Origin: a virus
Taxonomy: Duplodnaviria > Caudoviricetes
Reading direction: 5' to 3' (one strand)
Length of the DNA: 63,975 nucleotides
Virus record (IMG/VR): IMGVR_UViG_3300043411_000844
Span: 1-63,975 of that record
The position numbers were made by a program, and so were the translations under genes. Under the pieces are notes generated by a model. It did no database searches, was not told where the DNA came from, and worked only from the letters and a program-made list of their open reading frames with translations. Positions 28,481 through 39,234 of the stretch are shown one piece after another (the stretch's first letter is position 1; each line of letters opens with the position of its first letter).

Positions 28481-29003
28481 GCGGCCGCGCCGGTCGCAGC
28501 TTTTCAAGGGGCGCTACGTCGAATACCGCGTCACGACGCGCGACGATCTCCGCTTTGCCTATGCGGCCTGGCGGCTCGGCAGCAAGATCGACATGCTGCA
28601 CTTCGAGCCGGACGCCGACATGGCGGGCCCCGAGTGGGTCGAGTACACGGCCGAGTTCCTGATCGCCCACTACGCGCATGCCTTCACGCTGTTTGCCAAG
28701 ACGCACGAGGGCAAGCGGCCGGCGGGAATTGCGCTCCTGCACCAGCCCGACAAGCGCGCGGGCGTGCTGTGGATGGCGGACGTCATCTGGTTCCCGTGGG
28801 CATCCTCGCGCAACAAGCTCGAAAGCATCGTCAACTTCATGAACTCGATGCGCAAGCAGTGGCTGATCTTCGAGTTCGCGATCCCGGCCGAGACTCCCTT
28901 CTTCGATCATGTCTGCCGCTACGGCGTGATGCGACGGGCGGGGACGGTCTTTGATCTTTACGCCGAACCTGCATCGGTCTTTCAGACCCGCAAACTGAGG
29001 TAG
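28428..29003 (+). CDS. Hypothetical protein, possibly GNAT-like (start uncertain)
   Basis: Position between nozzle and ejection genes, where podoviruses often carry a GNAT. Confidence 0.5.
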   Translation: MSSPSPSSPSPSPSLGARRPRRSQLFKGRYVEYRVTTRDDLRFAYAAWRLGSKIDMLHFEPDADMAGPEWVEYTAEFLIAHYAHAFTLFAKTHEGKRPAGIALLHQPDKRAGVLWMADVIWFPWASSRNKLESIVNFMNSMRKQWLIFEFAIPAETPFFDHVCRYGVMRRAGTVFDLYAEPASVFQTRKLR

Positions 29004-29008
29004 ACGAA

Positions 29009-30001
29009 ATGCCGACATCCGTAATTGCCGCAGCTCTGCCGGCGCTCGTCTCCACGGGCGTCGGCCTAGCGGCCGATAGCCTGATGGGTGGCGGTGGCGC
29101 CGAAAGCGTTGGCTCGAGCTTCAGCGAACTCAAGAAGCAGGCGACGCCCGGCTTCAAGACGCTCAACATCGGTCAGGTTGCCTCCCCGTTCGACGCCGCT
29201 GCGAAGACGCTCAAGAATACGAGCTATGCGCAGACGATGCGCTCCCCCGGCCTCAACATCGGGGTCAACAAGAAGGGCCAGGTGACGACCGGGCGCACCG
29301 GTTACGCGCAGTCCCTGATCGATCAGTTGCGCACGGCGGGCGGCGACGCGGTCGGCGGCATCAACGCGCTGCTCGGCGAGGTCAATCCCGGTTTCGGCAG
29401 GCTCACCGATGCGCGCGTCGGGGCCATCACAAGCGCGCGCGAGCGCACGACGAGCGATCTGAGGGACAGCCTCGCGCGTCGGCGCATTGCCGGCTCCTCC
29501 TTCGCCAATGACTCGATCGCGCGCACGGAGGCTGAGTTCGGCCAGGCCGAAGCCACGGCGCGCGCGGAGAGCTTCCTCGAGGAGCTCGACACGACCGCCA
29601 AGCTCCTCGATCAGCGCTTCAAAGTGCAGGAGGACGTGGTCACGAAGGAACTCACGCAGACAAACTTCGAGACCGAGCAGGGCGCGAAGGTGATGGCCGA
29701 CGTGCGCCAGTCGATGCGGCAGACGCAGGCGCTGATGTCGGAGATCATGCTGGCCAAGGCACAGACGCTGGCAAGGTCGCGCGAGTTCAACGCCGGCGCC
29801 TACAACAATGCGCAGGTCGCCGGCACGAATGCGGCTGCCAACCTGACGGGGCAGGCGACCGAAGTCGATCAGGGCGTCGGCTCGACGATCGGCCAGTTGT
29901 TCCAGCCGGTCGGCAAGGCTGTGGGGGATGCGGCGGGATCGTACTTCGGCAAAGAGGCCGGGCTCGGATCGGCCGACTGGACAGCAACGATAGGGGCCTA
30001 A
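29009..30001 (+). CDS. Internal virion / DNA ejection protein
   Basis: Gly/Ala-rich hydrophobic termini, LARRRIAGSS coiled coil. Confidence 0.65.
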   Translation: MPTSVIAAALPALVSTGVGLAADSLMGGGGAESVGSSFSELKKQATPGFKTLNIGQVASPFDAAAKTLKNTSYAQTMRSPGLNIGVNKKGQVTTGRTGYAQSLIDQLRTAGGDAVGGINALLGEVNPGFGRLTDARVGAITSARERTTSDLRDSLARRRIAGSSFANDSIARTEAEFGQAEATARAESFLEELDTTAKLLDQRFKVQEDVVTKELTQTNFETEQGAKVMADVRQSMRQTQALMSEIMLAKAQTLARSREFNAGAYNNAQVAGTNAAANLTGQATEVDQGVGSTIGQLFQPVGKAVGDAAGSYFGKEAGLGSADWTATIGA

Positions 30002-30005
30002 GATC

Positions 30006-30767
30006 ATGGCTGGAGCGGTATTCGCAGGATTCGGCAAGGGCCTCTCTGAGGGGCACCGCCAGGGCATCGCCGATCGTCAGCAGGGGCTCCAGGAGCGCAA
30101 GCAGACGTTCGATGAAGGCGAGTCCCTCTGGGACAAGGCGATCAAGACGGTCGATGGTTTGGCGGCAAACGCCGTGCAGCTCGTCGCCAATGCGCCGTCG
30201 CCGGACAAAATCCCGCGTCAGACATTGATGACGATTGAACAGAACGTGAACGACATTGCTGCTGGTTTGGCTGAACTGCCGGGCGGTGAGACGATCGGGC
30301 CGGCGCTGGTCAAGGGCTTCCAGGCCAAGGTGAAGGGCGGCCTCACGCAAGCGCAGGCGGCCGAGCAAGCCGCGAATGCGGAGATCGCCGGTGCGCGCGT
30401 AAAGGAGGAGGCCGGCATGGAGTCCGGCATGCGTAAGCCCAAGTCGGCGCGCGAACAGGGCGACGAGATCGAGCTTTCGATCAAGCGCAAGATCGCGACC
30501 GGTGGCATCTCAAGCCTGACTCCCGGCGAGCAGGACTACGTCAACAGGTTCATGACGAAGCAGTCGGGCGGCGGTGGTGGGGTTGACGATCTCCTGTCGC
30601 AGTTCGGCGGCGGCGCGGCGGCGGCACCGGCTGCCTCTGGCGCGACGCTACGCCCCCCCGCCAGCAGCGAGATCGCAGCGGCTCGTGCCGCGATCGCCAA
30701 TGGCAAAGACCCGAACGCTGTTCGCCAGCGCCTTATCGACAATGGCATTGACCCGAGCGGGCTGTAA
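30006..30767 (+). CDS. Internal virion / DNA ejection protein
   Basis: FAGFGKGLSEG N-terminus; C-terminal AIANGKDPNAVRQRLIDNGIDP. Confidence 0.65.
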   Translation: MAGAVFAGFGKGLSEGHRQGIADRQQGLQERKQTFDEGESLWDKAIKTVDGLAANAVQLVANAPSPDKIPRQTLMTIEQNVNDIAAGLAELPGGETIGPALVKGFQAKVKGGLTQAQAAEQAANAEIAGARVKEEAGMESGMRKPKSAREQGDEIELSIKRKIATGGISSLTPGEQDYVNRFMTKQSGGGGGVDDLLSQFGGGAAAAPAASGATLRPPASSEIAAARAAIANGKDPNAVRQRLIDNGIDPSGL

Positions 30768-30770
30768 TAC

Positions 30771-33700
30771 ATGGCAGGCTTGACGTTTGACGATCTCCCG
30801 ACTGTTGGACAGTCGGGGGCCGGAGGCTTGTCGTTCGATGATCTGCCGGATGCGAAGGCATCTGCGCAGCCTCAGCAAAGCGCGGGGCTGACGTTCGACG
30901 ACTTGCCGGATGCTAAGGAGGACAAGCTTGGGGCCATGGGCTCCTCATGGGGAATGATGACCCCTGAGGAGCAGAAAGCGTGGAGCGCGGAGCGAGAGAC
31001 GAAGCTTGCGGACTTTGCGCGCGTGCAAGACACGACCGCGACTGGTCTTCGCCAGGAAGCGGCCTCGCCGAAAGCCGATAACTCTGATCCGCTGTTCAAC
31101 TATTTTTCGCAGGCACTCGACACAGCTCGCGTCAAGGACGCGGATCAGTTTGAACAAGGCGCACAGAAAAGCCGCGACGAGCTGAGATCCATCCAGAAGG
31201 GCACGGCTGATCCCGTTCGCAAAACGGCGACACGCTCTGCGGTTGAAAATCTCGTTCGCGGTGTCGGCGCTGATGTGGGCGCGGGGTTGGTCGAGACCAT
31301 TGGCATCGCGGCTGGGTACGCCACGCGCGCGGTCTCTGGCGACAAGATCGACCCTGCCGACAACGCTCTCTACAAGGTCGGACAATCGATCCGCGAGTAT
31401 GTCGAGAAAAGGTTCCCCGGCGACGAGCGGCGGCAGGACGAGCTAGCGCAGCAACTTGCCCGGGGTGCTGGACAGGTTGCCGCTCTCTATGGGCCGAACG
31501 CAGCGCTGCGTATTGTCGGTGCCGGCACGAAGACGATGGTCGGTGTTTCGACGGCCACTGGTGCGGGCATGGAAGGCTCGTCGCTGTTCAATGAAGCGAC
31601 AGCCGCCATGAGGGAGCAGGAAAAGAAAGCCTCCTCCAAGCGACAGACGGCAGCACGTGGTCCGGTTGACCCGATTACCGAGCAGGACCGCTTCATCAAC
31701 TTCATGGGTGGCATCGGGCTCGGTGCGACTGAAGCCATACCGCTCGCCACCGACTTCGCCGGCAGTATGCGTGGATGGCGTCGAGTGCTCGCGAAGGGCG
31801 CCGAGCAGGGGCTTGAGGAGGGCGCTCAGGAAGCTGGGCAGACGATGGGCGAGAACATCCTGGCCCAGAACACGTTCGACCCCGAGCGCCGGACTATGGA
31901 AGGTGTTGGCAATGCCATCGCCGTTGGTGGCATCCTCGGCATATTGGGTGGGGCTGGTAGCGAAGCCATCACGGAGATGGTGCGACCCAAGTCTGAGTTC
32001 GAGGAAGCCCTTGATCTCGACACCCCCGCAGGAGCCGCTCCCGAGGCCGCTGGCGGCCTTCCCACTCCCGAAGGTCTCGTTCCCGCTCAAGATGCCCCCC
32101 CGCCTCCACCGGCCCCCGTAAGCTCTCCTGAGCCACAGAGCGGATATGAGCGGCTGCATGGGGAGACTGGCGCATCTGCAAGTCGGCCTACACCAAAGGT
32201 AGGTGACTTCGTTCAATGGACGTCTGGCGGTGCGGATCAGTTCAAGTCTCCGCAGCGGGTTGTGTGGGTCTCCGACGATGGAAGCTACGTTCGCGTCGAA
32301 GGTAGCATGACGGGCTTGCCCGCCGGAGAGACGACCGTTGTTGGCCCAGTCCCGCCATCGACTGCTACGTCGACCGTCCTCGAGGAACTCACTCAGCGCG
32401 AAGGTGGCAAGAAGTCTCCCCTCGGCAAGGCGGACGTGAAGGCCGAGGATGCGGCATCCTTCTACGGGAAGGGGGCCACGCCCTATCCTAAGACCGGCGA
32501 TGGGTATGGCGACAGCCCGGCGCCATCGGCAACTTCTACCGTGCTTGACGAGATTTCCAAGCGCGAAGGCGGCAAGAAGTCTCCCCTCGGTAAGGGTCTC
32601 TCTGAGATCACGGCTGGGCAAAAGGGTGGACAGGCGGCTGTCGATCGCGTGGCGGGAACCGTTGCGGCGGTCCCCGTTGGCGAGCCCGTCAAGATCACCA
32701 CGCCGGATTCCTCCGCCGAGATCGAGGCCCGTCCCGTCCTGGTCGAACTCGACACGCTGAAGCCAGCCTCGGGCAAGCTCCAGCCCCGCGACCGCGGCCG
32801 TGTCGAGATGGTGCAGGAGGCCAAGGAGCGCGCTGTCAGGCTCGATCCCGCGCGCCTGATGCCCGATCGCGTCTCCGACGCCGGCGCTCCCATTGTCACG
32901 GCCGACGGCACCGTCATCTCCGGCAACGGTCGAGTGCTCTCGATTGCCGAGGTCTACAACAGCCCTGCCCTGAAAGCCCAAGCCAACGCCTACAAGGCGG
33001 CGCTGCCGGCCGAAGCGCAAGGCATGAAGAAGCCCGTGCTGGTGATGCAGAGCCAGCTTTCCGGGCTTGATGCCGAGCGCTTCGCCCAGCAGTCGAACCG
33101 TCCCCGCATCGCGACCATGAGCGCGACCGAGCAGGCGAACACCGACGCCGCGGTCATGGGTGACATCCTCGATCTCTATCAGGGGGGCGACTTCGAGTCG
33201 GCTCCGAATGCGCCGTTCCTCAAAGCGTTTGCCACGAACGTAGTCGCTTCATCCGAGCGCAACTCCTTCTCCAAGGACGGGCAACTCTCGGCCGAGGGCA
33301 TGCGCCGCATGCAGGGGGCGATCCTTGCCCGCGCCTATGGCGAGACCGGTTTGCTCTCCCGCATGCTTGAGTCCACGGACGACAACGTCCGCGCGATCGT
33401 CGGCGCGCTCCAGGATGCGGCACCGCAGATGGCGGCGCTGCGCAAGGCGGTGCAGGCCGGCCAAGTCATGGAAGGGCTCGATCCGCTCCCCGACATCTCG
33501 GCCGCCGTGTCTCTGGTGTCCGACATGCGGAAGAAGCGGCTATCGCCGGCCAAGTTCTTCCGCCAGATGGACGCCTTCACCGAGGTCAACCCGGATGTGG
33601 CCGGCTGGGTGCTTTCGCTGTACAATCCGGCCGATCCGAAGACGGGAGCCGAAGCCGGCGAGCACGCGCTGTCGCGTCCGCAGATGGCCGCTGTCTTCAA

Positions 33701-36700
33701 AGCGTTCGCCAACGAGGCGATGCAGCACAAGACGGGAGGCTTCTTTGACGATGAAACTACCCGATCCGCAATCCTCTCTGCCGTCGGCCGCAACGCCGCC
33801 GGAGCCGTCGTGGGAGAAGCTCCAGGTAATGGCCCGAGCGATGGAAGCAGTGGGTCAGCAAACGGGCAAGCGCCGGTTGGTGGAAGGGGCCCGCAAGCTT
33901 CGCTCAGTGATGCGCAAGCGCCAGCTTCGTCAGGAACTGAGCAAGGCGAAGTAGAGCCGCGCGCACGCCGCGAAGCCTTCAAGCGCCTCAAGAGCGGGGC
34001 TGACTATGAAGTCCCGCTCGACACCATCTCGACCATCTACGAGGCGGTTGCCGATGACATCGGCATGGTGCCTGCCGACACGCATTTCGGCGTTGTCGAG
34101 CGAATCGAGAACTCGAGCGACCCGAAGGCAAAGGTCGGCGAGGAAGTCGTCAAGGTCTACATCCGCTTGGCGAATGGCAAGCTCGGCACGCGCAAATACC
34201 TCCGCAACTTCATCACGAAGGCCGGCGCGTTCTACGATCCCGATGTGAATGCTCTAGTCTTTGTCCGGCTCGGCCAAGTGCCGCGGCTCGGCCGCGAGGG
34301 GGCCGCCTTCGCTAAGAGCCTCCGGGGTGAGCTGCGGCACGAGCTTCTTCATCTGCTCCGCCGTAAGGGCGTTCTCACCGGGGCCCAATGGAACGATCTC
34401 GTCCGCCATGCTCGTCGTCTCCAGGTGTTGCGCTATGCGCAGTCTTCGTTCACGCAACTGACGGGCAAGCCGCTTCCGGCGAACCCCGAGCAACGCACGC
34501 TCGAGACACTCTACACGCTTCTATATAGGTCGAACGACAACACCGACAAGGAAATTGAGGAGAATCTCGATCAGGAGTTTGTCGCGCACGCGCTGGAGCT
34601 CGCCTACCACGGCAAGCTGAACGAGAAGGAAGCAGCCCCGCTCCAGGGTCTCATCGACAAAATGGAACTCCGCATGTACGGGCGGGGGGCCACGGCAGCG
34701 CCGGTCAATGGGCGGCCGTCGGCTTCTCTGTCCCCCAACTCCCGTCCTCCTCTGGACATGAGCCCAGAGGCAAGGAAAGCAAGAGCAGAGGAGATGGGGT
34801 TTGATACGAGCTTTGTTGCGTATCGCGGGATGAAGGGTGAATACTCCGACAGCGTTGCTGGCTCACTTGACTACCAATTCTTTGCCCGCGATCCTTCAGT
34901 GGCCAGCGAATATGCTGAAAACGGCGTCGTTGTTCCGGTTTGGCTTCGCTTGGGGAGAGGCTTGACTATCAATGCCAGAGGACAGCCGTTCTACGGAATA
35001 GATCCTCGCAGTCTGCCACTTGATATCCACCGGACGGCCAGAGAAATCGCCGACGAGATCGCCAAGAAAAGCAGAAGTCAACCAACCATTGATGCAGAGG
35101 TTCTGGCGCGGGCCGCCAAAGCCTCTGGCTACGAATCTCTGACGATCAGGAATGTCATCGACAATTTTGATCTGAACAATGAGAAACGCTCGACAATTCA
35201 TGTCGTCTTCTCCCCCTCCAACATCCGCTCCACCTCTGCTGCTTTTGATCCGAAAGAAGGAACCAGCACGAAGCTGTTGGCTTCACTAGCTCCCTCAAGC
35301 GCTCCTTCTCTCGACCCAGATGCAGCAGGGCCGCTGCGCAAGGCCCGCGACTCCGCTCTGGAGTTCCTCCAGGACGCGCAACTCCGCGTGCGCCGCCTAG
35401 TCGAGCGCGCCGACGAGCCGCTTCCCGACGACGCCGATCCCTACATGGCGATGACGCTCTACCACGGCCGCCTCGGAGGCCGGGCAGAGGCGGCAACTGA
35501 GAAGGCGAAGGTGATCCTCCAGGGGACCAACGCCATCGCCAAGGCAACGAACTCGCCGCTCGAGAACGTGAAGCGCCTGATCGATCTCTACCTCGTCGCC
35601 AAGCACGCGCCGGAGCGCAACGCCGTCCACGGCGACGGCTCGGCCGGCCTGACGAATGCGGAAGCGACGGCCGCGCTCGCGCGGGTCTCGGCACTTCCGC
35701 AAGGGGCCGACATCATCCGCGTCGCCGGCCTCGTCCAGGAGATGAATCGGCAGACGCTGCAGACGCTCCTCGATGGCAAGGTGATCTCTCAGGAGACCTT
35801 CGATCTCCTCTCGGCCACCTATGCGAACCATGTCCCGCTCAACCGCATCCTTCCCGAGGGTGACGAGGAGATCGGGGCGATCCTCGCCGGCGGCGGCTTT
35901 GATGTCCGCGGCACCGGCCTCAAGCGCGCGCAAGGCTCCAAGCTCCCAATCGCGCCAATCCTTGAGAACGTCCTGCTCAATCATGAGCAGGCGATCGTGC
36001 GCGCCGAGAAGAACACGGTCGATCTCGCGACCCTCGCCTTCGTTCGCCGCTTCGAGGACGATCTCAAAGGGCAGATCACGATCCTCGGCGGCAAGAAGCC
36101 GGCGCGCACCATCGACGCGGCCGAGCGCGGCATTCGCGATCAGATCACGGCGCTGAAGAAGATGCTGCCGAAAGACGACCGGCCGCATCACATGGATCGC
36201 ATGCCCGCGACGTCGATCAACGATCCGCGCGTGCTCGAGCTTCGCGAGGACGGGGAACGAGTCTTGATCCGCTTCCGTGATCCAAAGCTCGCGGCCGCTT
36301 TCAAGGCGACGAACTCCGAGAAGATGCCGCGCGTGCTCTACCCGCTCATGGTCTACACGCGGGTCATGTCGCAGTTGGCGACGCGCTTCAATCCCGAGTT
36401 CACCGCACCGAACAAGATCCGCGACATCCAGGAGACGGCCATCTACATCGCCGCTCAAAAGGAGCTCGGGGCCAAGGGTGCCGCGAAGTTCCTGCTGCGC
36501 GAGATGAAGGGCGAGAACTACAAGGCCATTCTCGATTGGATGATGGGGCGCGATACACCTGGCGCGCGTCTCTATCAGGAGATGATCGACGAGGGCGGCA
36601 CCACGGGGGGCCTTGCGCTCTCATCGCGCGATCGCGTCAAGGAGAGTATCGCTGAGATCGAGAAGCTCGTCACGGCAAGCCCCGCGAACCTTCGCAAGCT

Positions 36701-38126
36701 TCTGAAGTCCACTGCCAATGCCTTCGATCATCTGAACAAGGTGTTCGAGGACTCGACCCGCCTCTCGGCCTACCGCTCCGCCAAGGGGCGCGGGCTCACG
36801 AAGAAGCGGGCCGCCGTCCACGCCAAAGAGGCGAGCATCAACTTCAATCGCATGGGCACGGCAGGCCCCGTCATCAACGGGCTCTGGATGTTCTCGAACG
36901 CCTCGATCCAGGGCACGACGAAGATGGTTCGGGCGATGAAGAACCCGAAGGTCGCCGGCGTCGTCGTTCTCAGCATGGCGGCGGCCGTCACCGCGCTCGG
37001 TGAATGGAATGATCAGTGGGACGAGAAGTGGCGCGAGAAGGTGACGAAGTGGGACCGTCTCAACTCCCTCGTCGTCGTCCTGCCGAGCACGACGGCCAAT
37101 CAGTTCAACTATGTCGTGATCCCGGTGTCGTGGGGCCTGAAGCCGATCCTGAACCTCGCGAACTACGCCTACGATGCAGAGCAGGGGATCGAGTGGGCGT
37201 GGGGAGACTTCCTGCGCGACATGACGACGGCGACGCTTGAGGCCGCCAATCCGGTCGGCGGCACGACGCTGACACAGGCACTGGTGCCGACGGCGCTCGA
37301 TCTTCCCGTGGACATCGCCTCGAACACCTCCTGGTCAGGCTCCAAGATCAAGCCGGACCCGCAGCGGGGCGTGCCCGAAGACGTGCGCTACTTCTCCTCG
37401 CTCAAGGACAAGACGTCGGGGCAAGTCTCGATCGCCGCGACCGAGGCGCTTGTCGATAGCACGGGGATCGCAGTCTCTCCGGCCGATGTCAACTACGCCT
37501 TCGAGCAGACGGTCGGCGGCGTCGGCCGCTCGGCTGGCCGCGTGCTGACGACGGCTCAGGCCGTGATTGAGGGCAAGGTTCCCGACAAAGATCAGTTCCC
37601 CTTCCTTGCCCGCTTTTACCGCCGGCGCGAGGGCGAGGAGATCGGCGCGGGGCAAAGCCTCGGCACCGAGACCCGCGAAGTCCGACGCATCGTCGATCAG
37701 CAGGGCCGCGAGCGCGTGCGGCGGAAGTATCAGATCGAAGGCATCTTCGAGGAGATCAAGAAGCTTCCGAAGGACGAGATCAAGCAGCGCATCGCGGCGG
37801 AAGTGAAGAAGGATCCGGCCGTTTTTGACATCTTCAAGGGCCTCATCGAATCCGAGGCCAAGGGTCTCACCGGTCTCGACAAGCAGATCACTCTGCTCGG
37901 TGTCGAGAACGGCGAGCGCGCCCGCTACTACTTCGACCGACTGAAAGAGGCCAGCCCTGACGAACGCCGTTCGATTGTCGAGGACGGCGTCAAGAAGGGC
38001 CTCATCTCGCGTGGCGTGATCGAGCAGATCGGCGTGCTCAATCAGCTCGAGCGCTTATCACCTGATCAGCGCAGACAAGTCCGCACTCTCGCCAGCGAGA
38101 ACGGGCTCCGACTGCCTCCCGAATAG
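30771..38126 (+). CDS. Large polyvalent ejection protein (ParB-like, HExxH peptidase, ART-like, LPD38-like regions)
   Basis: LQPRDR...GAPIV...VISGNGR; RHELLH; AYRG...FFARDPSVASEYA...VVFSPSNIRS; NFNRMG...FSNASIQG...N.SWSG.KI. Confidence 0.8.
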   Translation: MAGLTFDDLPTVGQSGAGGLSFDDLPDAKASAQPQQSAGLTFDDLPDAKEDKLGAMGSSWGMMTPEEQKAWSAERETKLADFARVQDTTATGLRQEAASPKADNSDPLFNYFSQALDTARVKDADQFEQGAQKSRDELRSIQKGTADPVRKTATRSAVENLVRGVGADVGAGLVETIGIAAGYATRAVSGDKIDPADNALYKVGQSIREYVEKRFPGDERRQDELAQQLARGAGQVAALYGPNAALRIVGAGTKTMVGVSTATGAGMEGSSLFNEATAAMREQEKKASSKRQTAARGPVDPITEQDRFINFMGGIGLGATEAIPLATDFAGSMRGWRRVLAKGAEQGLEEGAQEAGQTMGENILAQNTFDPERRTMEGVGNAIAVGGILGILGGAGSEAITEMVRPKSEFEEALDLDTPAGAAPEAAGGLPTPEGLVPAQDAPPPPPAPVSSPEPQSGYERLHGETGASASRPTPKVGDFVQWTSGGADQFKSPQRVVWVSDDGSYVRVEGSMTGLPAGETTVVGPVPPSTATSTVLEELTQREGGKKSPLGKADVKAEDAASFYGKGATPYPKTGDGYGDSPAPSATSTVLDEISKREGGKKSPLGKGLSEITAGQKGGQAAVDRVAGTVAAVPVGEPVKITTPDSSAEIEARPVLVELDTLKPASGKLQPRDRGRVEMVQEAKERAVRLDPARLMPDRVSDAGAPIVTADGTVISGNGRVLSIAEVYNSPALKAQANAYKAALPAEAQGMKKPVLVMQSQLSGLDAERFAQQSNRPRIATMSATEQANTDAAVMGDILDLYQGGDFESAPNAPFLKAFATNVVASSERNSFSKDGQLSAEGMRRMQGAILARAYGETGLLSRMLESTDDNVRAIVGALQDAAPQMAALRKAVQAGQVMEGLDPLPDISAAVSLVSDMRKKRLSPAKFFRQMDAFTEVNPDVAGWVLSLYNPADPKTGAEAGEHALSRPQMAAVFKAFANEAMQHKTGGFFDDETTRSAILSAVGRNAAGAVVGEAPGNGPSDGSSGSANGQAPVGGRGPQASLSDAQAPASSGTEQGEVEPRARREAFKRLKSGADYEVPLDTISTIYEAVADDIGMVPADTHFGVVERIENSSDPKAKVGEEVVKVYIRLANGKLGTRKYLRNFITKAGAFYDPDVNALVFVRLGQVPRLGREGAAFAKSLRGELRHELLHLLRRKGVLTGAQWNDLVRHARRLQVLRYAQSSFTQLTGKPLPANPEQRTLETLYTLLYRSNDNTDKEIEENLDQEFVAHALELAYHGKLNEKEAAPLQGLIDKMELRMYGRGATAAPVNGRPSASLSPNSRPPLDMSPEARKARAEEMGFDTSFVAYRGMKGEYSDSVAGSLDYQFFARDPSVASEYAENGVVVPVWLRLGRGLTINARGQPFYGIDPRSLPLDIHRTAREIADEIAKKSRSQPTIDAEVLARAAKASGYESLTIRNVIDNFDLNNEKRSTIHVVFSPSNIRSTSAAFDPKEGTSTKLLASLAPSSAPSLDPDAAGPLRKARDSALEFLQDAQLRVRRLVERADEPLPDDADPYMAMTLYHGRLGGRAEAATEKAKVILQGTNAIAKATNSPLENVKRLIDLYLVAKHAPERNAVHGDGSAGLTNAEATAALARVSALPQGADIIRVAGLVQEMNRQTLQTLLDGKVISQETFDLLSATYANHVPLNRILPEGDEEIGAILAGGGFDVRGTGLKRAQGSKLPIAPILENVLLNHEQAIVRAEKNTVDLATLAFVRRFEDDLKGQITILGGKKPARTIDAAERGIRDQITALKKMLPKDDRPHHMDRMPATSINDPRVLELREDGERVLIRFRDPKLAAAFKATNSEKMPRVLYPLMVYTRVMSQLATRFNPEFTAPNKIRDIQETAIYIAAQKELGAKGAAKFLLREMKGENYKAILDWMMGRDTPGARLYQEMIDEGGTTGGLALSSRDRVKESIAEIEKLVTASPANLRKLLKSTANAFDHLNKVFEDSTRLSAYRSAKGRGLTKKRAAVHAKEASINFNRMGTAGPVINGLWMFSNASIQGTTKMVRAMKNPKVAGVVVLSMAAAVTALGEWNDQWDEKWREKVTKWDRLNSLVVVLPSTTANQFNYVVIPVSWGLKPILNLANYAYDAEQGIEWAWGDFLRDMTTATLEAANPVGGTTLTQALVPTALDLPVDIASNTSWSGSKIKPDPQRGVPEDVRYFSSLKDKTSGQVSIAATEALVDSTGIAVSPADVNYAFEQTVGGVGRSAGRVLTTAQAVIEGKVPDKDQFPFLARFYRRREGEEIGAGQSLGTETREVRRIVDQQGRERVRRKYQIEGIFEEIKKLPKDEIKQRIAAEVKKDPAVFDIFKGLIESEAKGLTGLDKQITLLGVENGERARYYFDRLKEASPDERRSIVEDGVKKGLISRGVIEQIGVLNQLERLSPDQRRQVRTLASENGLRLPPE

Positions 38127-38139
38127 GGCCTCTCAATCC

Positions 38140-39219
38140 ATGTCCTACAATCCCTTCACCCAGGTGTCCGTCACCGGGTACAATAGCAATCCGCCTTCTG
38201 ACGACGGTGCTCAGAACGCGGCCAATCAGATCACGTGGTCAAAACACAAGACGAAGATCGGCGATCCGCTGAAGACGGCGGTCGAGGACCTCAACACGAA
38301 CGTCTATGCCGCGTTCGCGAAACGGTTCCTCGCCTCGAAAACCGTGCTGTCCGCCGACTACACGCCGGTCTCTGCCGACTACGGCAAGATGCTGGCGGTT
38401 TCCGGGTCGCGCACGCTCACGCTGACGGATTCATCCACCCTCGGCGAAGGCTGGCATGTGACGGTCGTCAACGTCGGATCGGGCATCGTCACGCTCTCGG
38501 GCACGATCAACGGGCAGAGCTTCATCGAGCTTCCGAACCTGAACGATAGCGCCGTCATCATGTCGGACGGGGCCGACTTCGTCGCGGTGATCAACCGCAC
38601 GCAGGATGGCCCGCTCGGTCAAATGACGTCGATCGCCGGGACGACAGTGCCGAACGGCTGGCTGAAAGCCGACGGCCTGACCATCGGCTCGACCGGCTCC
38701 TCCGCCACCTACAAGGGCGAGAAGTATCGGGCGCTGTTCAACTACCTGAAAACCTCCTGGGGCAATCTCGGCACCGAGAGCTTCGATGCCAATCAGACGG
38801 TGCTGCTGCCGTCCCTCCGCGGCAAGGTGCTGGTGGGCGAGGATGCGAGCCATCCGATCGGCACCACGGGCGGCTCGCTCACACAGACGCCGGCAGGGTC
38901 GATCTCGGTTTCATCGAACGCACTGACGGAAGCGCAACTGCCGGCGCACAATCACACGGCGACCACGGCGACCGAGCCGAACCACCAGCACACGATCCCG
39001 AACTCCGGCAACACGGTTGCCGACGTCCGAACGGACGGCTCGAACTCGGCCGCGGGTCTCAACAGCGACACGACCGGCAACGCCGGCACGCACAATCACA
39101 CGGTAACGGTGCAGAACACCGGCTCCGGCTCCACTCACACCCATACCGCGACCCTGACTGGAACCTCCATGTCGGTCGAGCAGCCTTGGGCTGCCGGTAT
39201 GTGGATCATTCGCTACTGA
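38140..39219 (+). CDS. Tail fibre with collar domain
   Basis: GQMTSIAGTTVPNGWLKADG...YRALF...LPSLRG; LTEAQLPAHNH and HxH repeats. Confidence 0.85.
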   Translation: MSYNPFTQVSVTGYNSNPPSDDGAQNAANQITWSKHKTKIGDPLKTAVEDLNTNVYAAFAKRFLASKTVLSADYTPVSADYGKMLAVSGSRTLTLTDSSTLGEGWHVTVVNVGSGIVTLSGTINGQSFIELPNLNDSAVIMSDGADFVAVINRTQDGPLGQMTSIAGTTVPNGWLKADGLTIGSTGSSATYKGEKYRALFNYLKTSWGNLGTESFDANQTVLLPSLRGKVLVGEDASHPIGTTGGSLTQTPAGSISVSSNALTEAQLPAHNHTATTATEPNHQHTIPNSGNTVADVRTDGSNSAAGLNSDTTGNAGTHNHTVTVQNTGSGSTHTHTATLTGTSMSVEQPWAAGMWIIRY

Positions 39220-39234
39220 GGCGAGACAAGATAG

